From NCBI RefSeq assembly GCF_964355755.1, contig NC_092676.1, positions 10,889,888 through 10,953,887 on the forward strand: 64,000 bases of DNA. Reading direction: 5' to 3'. Shown one piece after another: positions 1-11,229 of the stretch. The notes beneath the pieces were generated by a model, which saw only the letters and a list, made by a program, of their open reading frames with translations, did not search any database and was not told the origin of the DNA. The DNA comes from Antedon mediterranea. Lineage: Eukaryota > Animalia > Echinodermata. Position numbers and translations under genes: made by a program. Numbering within the stretch: position 1 is the stretch's first letter; each line of letters begins with the position of its first letter.

Positions 1-558
1 AAATATAAATTTGAGTTAGTGTGTACCGACATTTAGTGTTTACCGACATTTAGTGTTTACCGACCAACCAACCAATATTGTTGAAAATGTTAAACAAGAC
101 CAAAATAATCAGCTTTCGCTTATTCCGAAACAAACAAACTAAATACCATAACAGACCAAAAAGAAGGAAAATGATTTAACAAAACAATTCGTTTTCAAGC
201 GAAATGGAATCTATCGATCAATAATGAGAAACCAAATGATTCCGGCCAAAGAATCAATTTACAGAAAATGTGAAAATTATAGGCCTAGTAGCAGAGACCA
301 TATTTTGGTGTAGGCCTACACGTACAGTAGGTATCTCGATGATAAAATAGAAAGGTAACCATACATTTTATATCAATATATTATATATTAAACAAGTTCA
401 GAGTCTCGGTGAAGATCCTATGTTTTTTGTTTTCTTGTGTTATAAGTTTCACCCACTTTTATTTCTTCGTCTGTTCAAATGTTTATTTACAATACATTGC
501 ACATAATAATAATAATGTGGAGCATTGTAACGCCATACAGTACATTATACTTCAACAG

Positions 559-1200
559 CATTTTTGGGCTACTGTCTGGAGCAACTTACAAGAAAAAGTT
601 GCTGTCATGTCAATGGTATTTTTGTGCATCCCAATGTGTAACAGTTACAATGCAAAATAAATTAGCCGTGTGGTTCTTTACATGATTAAATTGTGTATGG
701 CCCAATGGGCATTTTTGGGCTACTGTCTGGAGTAACTTACAAGATAAAGTTGCTGTCAAATGTTATTTTTGTGCATCCCAATGTGTAGCAGTTACAATGC
801 AAAATAAATTAGCCGTGTGGTTCTTTGCATGATTAAATTGTGTATGGCCCAATGGGCATTTTTGGGCTACAGTCTGGGGCAACTTACAGGATAAAGTTGC
901 TGTCAATGGTATTTTTGTGCATCCCAATGTGTAACACTAACAGTTACAATGCAAAATAAATTAGCCGTGTGGCTCTTTGCATGATTAAATTGTGTATGGC
1001 CCAACGGGCATTTTTGGGCTACTGTCTGGGGCAACTCACAGGATAACGTTGCTGTCAATAGTATTTTGTGCACCCCAATGTGTGACAGTTACAATGCAAA
1101 AGGAATTAGTTATGTGGCCCTTGACATGAATAACCCTATTTATGAGTGGTCACTTTGGGCTACTGTCTCGGCCAACTTGCAGGATAAAGTTGCTGTCATT
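559..1200. repeat. Tandem repeat, ~150-bp unit, ~4.3 copies
   Basis: CATTTTTGGGCTAC(T/A)GTCTGG...AAAGTTGCTGTCA recurs near 559, 710, 857 and 1008, with a degenerate copy near 1151. Confidence 0.9.
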
Positions 1201-2320
1201 GTTTCAACATTGTATACAAATATGGGGACGATGTCCAACAACGTGGACTTTCACATGAATAAATCCATTATTTACCCCTCCTATTTGGTGTCTCCAGGGA
1301 AAATTTACAGGATATGACCTTGCAGCAATATTGATTATTGAATCTTAGCTATATATCTACATAATCAGCCCATCAAACCTTTTGTGGCTTTTCACATAAA
1401 TAAACTTTCTGGGCATCCGGTCTAAGAGCGTCACTAAATATCTTTGGGGGCATGGCTATACTAAAGACTATGATATCGTATACTATATAGGGTAGTCTGC
1501 ACATTATTCTCTGATATGCCCTACAATAAAACCACATTGTTACAATGTCACATTAAATTATTAGTAAATAATTTAAATTAGGCTTTTAATACGGATACTG
1601 TATTACAAAAGGCAGATAACACATTTAATGTTATCTAATAAATACTATTGGCCATGAATGGCTAAATGATTGTATAGGCCTAATTTACTAATATGCTGAA
1701 AAAGCTGTATACTGTATGTACAATGGACTGTCTAAATTATTTTTCAAGGGAATATTGAATTAAATATTTATTCTAACTATCTAACATAGCCTTGCCTTAT
1801 GTAGAGATCAAATAATGTATACATTAATAATTAAATTTAATTAAATGAACCATTACATTTTTTGCTTTATTTAATACAAAAGTTAAAATGATGTTTGTAT
1901 ATCAGTTACGCTACTATAAATTATATTTTGCATCTGATTTGTGATTGTATTTGCATTTTTAACAGAATAATTTGTTTACCTTATATTATTATCGTTAGGG
2001 CCCTATCTAAGATGTTTACGTGGGACTACCTATTCATTACCACGCAAGCAGACCGCAGCAAAAAAATAGAATAAAATAGGCCTAACCTACTTTTTAATCT
2101 TATTTTTTTAGTCTCCTATCAAATTCATACGTATTTATAGGCAATTGACCAGATCTGAGTAAAATTACCTAAATTACCATGTGGTGTAAAATTACTGATT
2201 TCTTTCATAATATATTGGTATAATATTAATACAGTAGTTTAGTTGAATGCGACCTTTCATTTCAGGGCTTGCCCTGGACCCCGGCCTGAACCCTGGCCTG
2301 GACGCGTGTTTTTTTTTCCA

Positions 2321-2975
2321 CTCGCCCCAACCCATGTATCGTCATCCCGGTCCATGCCGTTTATAACGTAATTATAGCCCTATTATATCATGCGTTTATA
2401 TTGCATTTTTTATTTTAAAAAACGGTAAATTATAGTAACGTTTTAAAATGGCGTAAAATGACAGCTAGACGGCATGGACCGGGGCAAGTGGTATTTTTCT
2501 GAAACGATTGAACCATACTAGCCCCAACCCATGTATCGTCATCCCGGTCCATGCCGTTTATAATGTAATTATAGCCCTATAAATCATTCGGTTATATTGC
2601 ATTTTTTTTTTTAAAAAAACCTTAAATTGTAGTAACGTTTTAAAATGGCGTAAAATGACAGCTAGACGGCATGGACCGGGACAAGTGGTATTTTTCTGAA
2701 ATGACTAGACCCTACTCGCCTCAACTCACGTATCGTCATCCCGGTCCATGCCGTTTATAACGTAATTATAGCCCTATATATCATCCTGTTATATTGCATT
2801 TCTTATTTTAAAAAACGTTAAATTGTAGTAACGTTTTAAAATGGCGTAAAATTACAGTTAGACGGCATTGACCGGGACAAGTTGTATTTTTATGAAATGA
2901 CTGGACCCTACTCGCCCCAACCCATGTATCGTCATCCCGGTCCATGCCGTTTATAACGAAGTTATAGCCCTATAA
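2321..2975. repeat. Tandem repeat, ~197-bp unit, ~3.3 copies, each with an internal inverted repeat
   Basis: GCCCCAACCCATGTATCGTCATCCCGGTCCATGCCGT recurs near 2321, 2518, 2715 and 2911; each full unit also contains the reverse complement ACGGCATGGACCGGG. Confidence 0.9.
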
Positions 2976-3711
2976 ATCATAGCCCTAGTTAGTCTAAGCC
3001 GTAAGTATAAAATCATTTAATTAATATATTACACATATTGCGCCCCATACATGTGAATGTGAATGTCGAATAAGGATCCAACTTCACACAAAAAATTGAA
3101 TATCGAATAAGGAATAAGTAACCAACATCACGCCGCACAGTGGGCCAGAATTGGTTCAAAGTGTGCCAAAAGTCTATACGCATGAATAAATACTGATTAC
3201 GTTAATTTTTAAAGGATCTAAGGGGTTTTCAGACCCGTAGAATTTAATGGAAGTATTTTTAAATAGGTATGACGTAATACAAATGGTGTTTTCTGATAGG
3301 TTGAGACGAATGTCCTTGTAATTCTTAAGTCGATTAATATTACATTCACTATTGGAAGTGTAAGGGTTTCTATTACCCAGAGAAGCGTGGAATGAACATT
3401 TCCCTCTTCCTTGCTACACCCAATAAATCCAACTGGAACATTTTCTTAATATATTAGACGTCATAAAATACTAACTTTGATACGATGGCTTTAATTCTCA
3501 TTGCAATATCATGTGTGATTAATTTGCATCCATGATTGAAACGTACTTAAATTTTTTAAGGTCCACTTAAAGTTCAATGAAAACATCTTTTTAATGTACA
3601 GTATTATGTCATTACAAATACTGTTTTCTGATTGTGTGAATAATATTAATATTGAAAATAGGTTTTTATTGCATGTTACAAGTTAGGGTTTAAATGACTG
3701 AAATACATTAC

Positions 3712-6700
3712 TTATGTTGTCGACACGTTTTCCTTGCATGTTTTCGTCTATAGACTTTATTGTCTTTGTTCCTTGCTTCTTGAGCCTCTTCTCTCATCAT
3801 ACCTATCGGTAATACAGGACTCAAAATGATTGATGAACCATCAACTAGAAGAACATGTACACTCACTGGCATTTTATACCATGGATAGAGTTGTAAATAT
3901 AAAATATAACTCTGCTGTTTCTCGGCAGTAGTCCCAAAATTGGGGTATTGCTAAACTGCGCAAACACTGCGCAAACACTGCGCAAACAACAAAAAAAAGC
4001 TGCGCAAACCTCCTTCAAAACAATTATTATTGATTAGAACACAACTAGAACTATATAGGGAGACAATTTATGAGAAAAAAAATTTGAAATTCCTTTAAGT
4101 TTGCCTTTTTTTGGGTTAAAAACTTCAATTTTTGGGAAAATTACTGATTTCACAGCGCAAACAACAAAAAAAGCTGCGCAAACCTCCTTTAAATCAATTA
4201 ATATTGATTAAAACACAACTAGACCTATATAGGGAGACAATTTATGGGGAAAAAATTTAAAATTCCTTTAAGTTTGCCTTTTTTTGGGTGAAAAACTTCA
4301 ATTTTTGGGGAAATTACTGATTTCACAGCGCAAACCCCCCAAAAAAGCTGCGCAAACCTCCTTTAAATCAATTAATAGTGATTAGATAACAACTAGAACT
4401 ATATAAGGAGGCAATTTATGGGAAAACAAATTTGAAATTCCTTTAAGTTTGCCTTTTTTTGGGTGAAAAACTTCAATTTTTGGGGAAATTACTGATTTCA
4501 TAGCGCAAACCCCCCAAAAAAGCTGCGCAAACCTCCTTTAAATCAATTAATAGTGATTAGATAACAATTAGAACTATATAAGGAGGCAATTTATGGAAAA
4601 ACTAATTTGAAATTCCTTTAAGTTTGCCTTTTTTTGGGTGAAAAACTTCAATTTTTGGGAAAATTACTGATTTCACAGCGCAAACAACAAAAAAAGCTGC
4701 GCAAACCTCCTTTAAATCAATTAATATTGATTAGATAACAACTAGAACTATATAGGGAGACAATTTATGGGAAAAAGAATTTGAAATTCCTTTAAGTTTG
4801 CCTTTTTTTGGGTGAAAAACTTCAATTTTTGGGAAAATTACTGATTTCACAGCGCAAACAACGAAAAAAGATGCGCAAACCTCCTTCAAAACAATTAATA
4901 TTGATTAAAACACAACTAGACCTATATAGGGAGACAATTTATGAGGAAAAAAATTTGAAATTGCTGTAAGTTTCTTTTTTTTTTTGGGTTAAACACTTCA
5001 ATTTTTTTTGAAAAATTACAGATTTCACAGATTTAAAGGTTTGCGCATACCCCCCAAAAAGCTGCGCAAACCTCCTTCAAATCAATTAATATTGATTAGA
5101 TAACAACTAGAACTATATAGGGAGACAATTTATGAGGAAAAAAGATTGAAATTGCTGTAAGTTTGTCTTTTTTTTTTAAATTAAAAAATTTAAATTACAG
5201 ATTTCACAGATTTCAAGGTTTGCGTGGCATTGATTCCTTACTTTATTAAGAATTTCAGGGTCTGTCCTTACATATGATTGATTGTATTTAGAGTTCCTAT
5301 GTGGTGCAGTTACGTTTAACACTCCTCTGTACTCGTGAACAGCTACATATTTTCCATTTATTGTGTCATCAATGTAAGTAATTTTCCGTTCGTAATTGGT
5401 GGCACATTTCCTAGAATAATAGCAATGGACATTAATAGTTTTTAACCAAAAAAAAAGGCAAACTTAAAAGAATTTCAAATTTTTTCCCCATAAATTGTCT
5501 CCCTCAATTGTTCTAGTTGTGTTCTATCAATATTAATTGTTTTGAAGGAGGTTTGCACAGCTTTTTTTGTTCTTTGCGCTGTTAAATCAGTAATTGTCCC
5601 AAAAATTGAAGTTTTTCACCCAAAAAAAGGCAAACTTAAAGGAATTTCAAATTTGTTTTCCCATAAATTGTTTCCTTATATAGTTCTAGTTGTTATCTAA
5701 TCAATATTAATAGATTTAAAAGAGGTTTGCGCAGCTTTTTTGGGGGGTTTGCGCTGTGAAATCAGTAATTTCTCCAAAAATTGAAGTTTTTCACCCAAAA
5801 AAAAGCAAACTTAAAGGAATTTCAAATTTGTTTTCCCATAAATTGTCTCCCTATATACTGTAGTTCTAGTTGTTCAATATTAATTGATTTAAAGGAGGTT
5901 TGCGCAGCTTTTTTGGGGGGTTTGCGCTGTGAAATCAGTAATTTCCCCAAAAATTGAAGTTTTTCACCCAAAAAAAGGCAAACTTAAAGGAATTTCAAAT
6001 TTGTTTTCCCATAAATTGTCTCCCTATATAGTTCTAGTTTGTTATCTAATCAATATTAATTGATTTAAAGGAGGTTTGCGCAGCTTTTTTTGTTGTTTGC
6101 GCTGTGAAATCAGTAATTTTCCCAAAAATTGAAGTTTTTCACCCAAAAAAGAGCAAACTTAAAGGAATTTCAAATTTTTTTTCTCATAAATTGTCTCCCT
6201 ATATAGTTCTAGTTGTGTTCTATCAATATTAATTGTTTTGAAGGAGGTTTGCACAGCTTTCTTTGTTCTTTGCGCTGTTAAATCAGTAATTGTCCCAAAA
6301 ATTGAAGTTTTTCACCCAAAAAAAGGCAAACTTAAAGGAATTTCAAATTTTTTTTCTCATAAATTGTCTCCCTACAGGTATATAGTTCTAGTTGTGTTCT
6401 AATCAATAATAATTGTTTTGAAGGAGGTTTGCGCAGCTTTTTTTGGTGTTTGCGCAGTGTTTGCGCAGTGTTTGCGCAGTTTGCGCAGTTTAGCAATACC
6501 CCCAAAATTGTAAAGGGTCTAAACACGATTTGTATGATATTGCTACTAAAATCATATGGATCCTGTGTACTAGGTTTACATCCAACCCGCAAATTTCAGC
6601 GAAAGTCTCCTTTTCCTGGAAAGATATGCAAGCTGTGTTACCATCGTTTTCCTGAACCCTATTTAGGTTCATTTACTTTCAGTCATATTTCTTCTTTAAA

Positions 6701-6843
6701 TCGATCGGTTTTTTTTTCTCCATATCGGCAACAATAGCTTTTTCACTATCAGACAAAATACACAACTTTTTTATTCTGTACCCAATATGAATTAGCATTT
6801 CGAAGCACCTACTCCATTTGTGTAGTGGCAAGAGTCCTATAGC
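3712..6843 (-). pseudogene. Transib (RAG1-core-like) transposase, C-terminal half, disrupted and split by an insertion
   Basis: Minus strand reads IGLLPLHKWSRCFEMLIHIGYR (~6840-6775), then NDGNTA...FAEICGLDVNLVHRIHMILVAISYKSCLDPLQF, continuing across the 3943-6501 insertion as WDYCRETAELY / LQLYPWYKMPVSVHVLLVDGSSIILSPVLPIGMMREEAQEARNKDNKVYRRKHARKTCR. These match Transib motifs (GLSxLHxWIR, NDGNTARRFF, LYPWYxMPxxVH, SEEAQEARNK). Stops and frameshifts are present, including a 7-bp duplication near 3895-3908. Confidence 0.9.
3943..6501. mobile_element. Mutator-like (MULE) foldback element with inverted arrays of a ~174-bp unit
   Basis: Ends GGGTATTGCTAAACTGCGCAAAC / GTTTGCGCAGTTTAGCAATACCC; 9-bp TSD CCAAAATTG (3934-3942, 6502-6510); left array ~3980-5220 and right array ~5440-6430 face opposite ways. 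Confidence 0.85.
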
Positions 6844-7711
6844 TGTAGGCTTCTTCACTTAACATAACTTAACTTAACATACATCGCAGACTAGTTCAAT
6901 GTAGGTAATTAAACCAGCCGAATAAACAGCTTCAAAAGTTGTATTTTGATATGGAGTCCATGTTACGTGTACCTACACTTATGAATACTTATTCTCACAC
7001 TGGTAACATTCCCTTTTCCAATACAGACGCGTCATGGAAAGGTTTTCTCTTCGTCAAGTTTGCGCGATTGCGGTACATTAATGTGTCAATGAATGCATTT
7101 ATTTTAAAACGGCACGTATACGGACATTTAAATCGCTTCCTATATGCAATGTCGCAAATTGTCGCAGCCAAATTTGGTATTAACGTAAAGCTCAAGCTTT
7201 GCTCGAAATATTAATGTCAAAATTAGCGCATGAATCGACGCGAATCCAAACTATTTTAGTAGTTTTACTTAAAATATACGATTTTTTGGTATTTTTGGGC
7301 TATATTTGGTGCCTTTTAACCCCAAAATAAAGCAATAATGGAAATTTTAAATTTACTGCCTAATATGATTAATAACAGACAACAATTTCATGCAGTATCA
7401 AATCCGTTGCTTTTTTCTAGAAAAAATAACAGCGAATTTATCAAAACTGTTGTTTTTGCTCATTTTTTAAGTGAAATTATGTCATGGTTTATTCAAGTTT
7501 CCATGGTTACAAGACACTATTAAAATTTAAAAAATATAAAATTATTAGTGGATTTGTATAATTTAAGATGTCTTCTCCTAATTCAATATTAAAAAGTTTG
7601 GATTGTCACATTTACCATTTTGGACTTTTGGCACACTTTGAATTGATTCTGGCCCATGTGCGCCGGTGGGTGGAGCTCCACTTTCTATAGTCTATAGGCC
7701 TAGGCCGTATG

Positions 7712-10700
7712 TTCGCCGTGGTTAGGATTCCGGCACCGGAACTCAACTGCCCAGCGTTAAGGAATCCGACACGCTATTGCGCATGCCCAGATCGAGGTAA
7801 TCGGCGACTCTATACTTCAACAGCGATGGATCATTTCATAGCTACTAGCCTAGATGCCTATAATACGGGATTCACTAATCTAGGCTAGGGCTACCAGTTA
7901 GACGTGACCAGTGGGGCCTATTTATTTTGTAATTAAAAAGTGGTTGCTTCATTCATATATAAACTTCATATCATTATGAATTATATAATTACATGACTAG
8001 TTTATGATTTTTCATAACGCATTACAGGGCCGTAGCCAGGATCTGTCAAGGGGGGGTTCGGACACTAAGTATTTGGGTCACTGTCCCACTGTCACTGTGT
8101 TTCCCTTGTGGCCCGGGCAACAGCCTTAATTTCATACTAAATGTTGTTTCTGCCACTAAATTGAAATTGAGTTCCATTTCATCGTATACCATCCGGACAC
8201 GGAACTTGATAGGCTTAGTCATAAAGTAGTTACAGAGTTGCAGGGCCTTTTATCATTGTTGAATGTTTTGATATTAGCCTAATTGTTAAAACGACCTTCA
8301 CAACCAAAATATTTCTTTGTAATAAAATCTATTTTAAATGGAACGCTACAAAAATAATCCACTGCTTTATCAGAGCATGCATACCTAATAACCAGACAAG
8401 AACATGTCTTTATTACACTTTACTATCAATCTATTTTCATATCACGCAATCCATTTTTCAACAATACAGTAGTATAACAACATTTTGATTGAATAGTGAG
8501 GGATTAGTTACAGTTTGACTTTGGTAAACAATTGGTAATTTACTGAAAATCCAAAATGAACTTGTGTTATAATACAAAAAAAATTATTCAATCAAAGAAA
8601 CGCTCTACTACACATGAGAAATAGATGTCGGTCGATAAACTTCTGACGACGACTAAAACAACGACAATCAGCTAAATGTTAGTAATTTTATTTCATCTCT
8701 GGCTTGTTACATTTTTCATGACACATTACCGGACTTCCCCCTCCTCTCGCAATGAACGACAGTACAGATCCTCCCTATCTAGGCTCGTGTATGTAGCATA
8801 CTATTATTCACAAATTACGCACGCATAGCAGTGTTACTAGAACCATCACAGATTACCTCTAATGGATCAATCATTCACACATGATTTAAAAAATTCATCG
8901 ACAAACGAAATATAGCCTATATTCATTCCTTTTAAATATTAGGCATATTGCCAAGGCTAATAATCGATTTGTCCATAATTATTGCGTTTTGCCGGGGGTT
9001 TTCCATAATCTAAGGCCAATTTTTAGGCCAAATCATAATTGTGCGTATAGTGTTGTATTTCCGATGCGTGTAGTACCCTATTTATCTTCATTTCCGTACG
9101 TTCGTCGTAAATAGGCCGAGTTTCCGTAGTAATTTATAGACGTTCCAAAATTTGAACCGTGTTATACCGGTGACAGAGCAAAGTTTGCTTCTTTCTGCAA
9201 ATTTCCTACCCCATTATTTTCTTTGTTTTATTTGGAGTGTGGTTTAAAACAATACTTTTGTAAAGTTTATAGTGGATAAATGAAAATGAATTTTTGGAAA
9301 ATGTGGTTTTAACATCTGACTTTATTTAGCATTTTTAAATGAATTAAAATTCCAAATTATACAATTTAACCTTTTGCTCAATATATTTATAGCAACTGCT
9401 TCATATTTTTTGTACAACTTTTTAAAATTATTAATTGATAATTAATTTACATTAATTGAGTACAGTTATTAGAATGTATTACCGTACCAAAAGTACCTTA
9501 ATCGGAGACTTCCCCGCGACGTTTGCATTGAACGAAAAAAAATTTATCATAAATTTACGTGCGAGAGTACTATTTGCGGCCATCTAGGGGTGTCATTTAA
9601 CAATTTGCTTGCTCAAATACTCAGTGTCTACAGCCCTGGAGTCTTTGGGCAACCCTCTTAAAATAGTCCTGCGACCGCCCCTGATAGCTCTATCTATATT
9701 TATTTACAGCAATTTGTTGAGGAAACTAAATATATCAATGTAAATAGGTGGTATTGATACAGTTGAGTAGGCCTACGTATCGGCTGGTGGTCTAGAAAAA
9801 AATAATCGAATGCCATAGGCCTAATGTAAACTACAGTACATGATACCATAGATATTATAGTGTAATATATTAAATTCACTATAATCCTCTATGATGATGA
9901 TACACTATACTTCATAGCCACACATAAATATTGTAGGTAACCGCAGCGTTCCATTTTTTGATGTACGTCGGAAGGCTATATACTTTATGCATGCTGACTG
10001 CCAGTGATCGAAACAATTAATAGGTACGCGGTTGTCTAGCGGTGTTCTTTGTACGATTAGTTCGTGCCCAAGCTCGCGTCAATATCATGTTACATCCTGG
10101 GACCAAAAATTCGTATTATTTTTCAGGTGAAAATCGGCAACCAATGAGTTATTCACGAACGAGTTTACAAATTTTTCAATTTACAAACAACCTTTTGTAT
10201 TGTGGGGCACGTATTTGGAGGATTTTCAGAGATGAGGGTGTGGTGAGGTATTGTGGATGTCGGGGATAGGGGTTCGCAGTCGGTTAAGGGGGGGGGGGGG
10301 GTGTCGCTGTAAAGGGGGGTTCGCCCGAACCATAAAAACCCCCCTGGCTACGGGCCTGCATTATACTGTACGGTACATAACAACATGCAATCACAAGTTG
10401 ATTTGTTGACGGCAACAACCGCGTGGATGTGAAAAAACTGTTCGGGAAGTCAGGGTCGCAACGCTAAAAACAGCATTACGATTCTTAGATAGATACTGAT
10501 ACTTATTAATATCATTATGATTATTTTAACGCGTGGCGTAGTATTATTTTAATTATTAATTCATTCATGTATGGCATAGGCCAAGTTTCATCCATCGCTC
10601 TCTCGCTCGCGCAACGACTATCTAGGCTACAGTAAATCCCTATAACACTCCGACTCTCGGCGGTGGTGTGGTGTGTGTGGCACTATTAGCGCAAGCTATA

Positions 10701-10796
10701 ATTCACTTCCCAGAGCTCTGGGCATGCGCAATAGCGTGTCGGATTCCCTAACGGTGGGCAGTTGAGTTCCGGTGCCGGATTCCTAACCACGGCGTA
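7712..10796. mobile_element. Non-autonomous TIR element, ~80-bp TIRs, superfamily unassigned
   Basis: CGCCGTGGTTAGGATTCCGGCACCGGAACTCAACTGCCCA...GCGCATGCCCAGA at 7714-7790 is inverted at 10717-10794; flanking direct repeat GTATG(TT) at 7707 and 10797. Confidence 0.8.
8025..10358. mobile_element. hAT-like non-autonomous element with 5-bp TSD (hAT5-type), nested in 7712-10796
   Basis: TIRs CAGGGCCGTAGCCAGG / CCTGGCTACGGGCCTG; CATTA on both flanks (8020-8024, 10359-10363). Confidence 0.72.
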
Positions 10797-11229
10797 GTAT
10801 GTTTGCCGCAAAATATCAAATTTTCCCAAATATACTTACCGCTTATTCCTCCTCCGACCACTACAATGTCTTTGTGATGAGCCATCAGTAATCAAACTTA
10901 ATCGGTCAACTTATCGCCAATATAATAGGGTTGTTTATATTCCACAACTCTACAGATCACACATAGAGCGATGCAAAGCGAATGTATTTTTTAATAACTG
11001 TCAATAACTCAATACAACAACATGGAAATCAAAGCAACAACGAACAACGCCAGTCCATGAGGGCGCACTGGCGTATGACATGGCTAAAAAGTACCTTTGC
11101 TAAATAAATAAAAACCAAAGAACTTATAACTTCTGGCACTAGTTCCGTTTCGCACCTGTCATTTATTTTGACTCAACATTTGTGAAGTAACTTTTTCGTG
11201 AGTACCATTAAGTGTCACTTATAAACTTG

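Larger units (their letters stand above)
3136..7660 (-). mobile_element. Transib DNA transposon, internally deleted
   Basis: Left TIR CACAGTGGGCCAGAATTGGTTCAAAGTGTGCCAAAAGTC at 3136; right end (reverse complement) CACATGGGCCAGAATCAATTCAAAGTGTGCCAAAAGTC at 7660; GC-rich 5-bp TSD CGCCG (3131-3135, 7661-7665); Transib transposase remnants inside. Confidence 0.92.

Noticed and set aside
409-1317. Short ORFs with repeated WATVWSNLQ motifs
   Set aside because: They arise from the 150-bp tandem repeat, and the frames are not maintained between units.
3136-7660. Calling the element a RAG1-RAG2 (ProtoRAG) transposon
   Set aside because: The motifs are Transib-type (LYPWY, EEAQEARNK), the TIRs are nearly symmetric, and no RAG2-like kelch or PHD sequence is seen.
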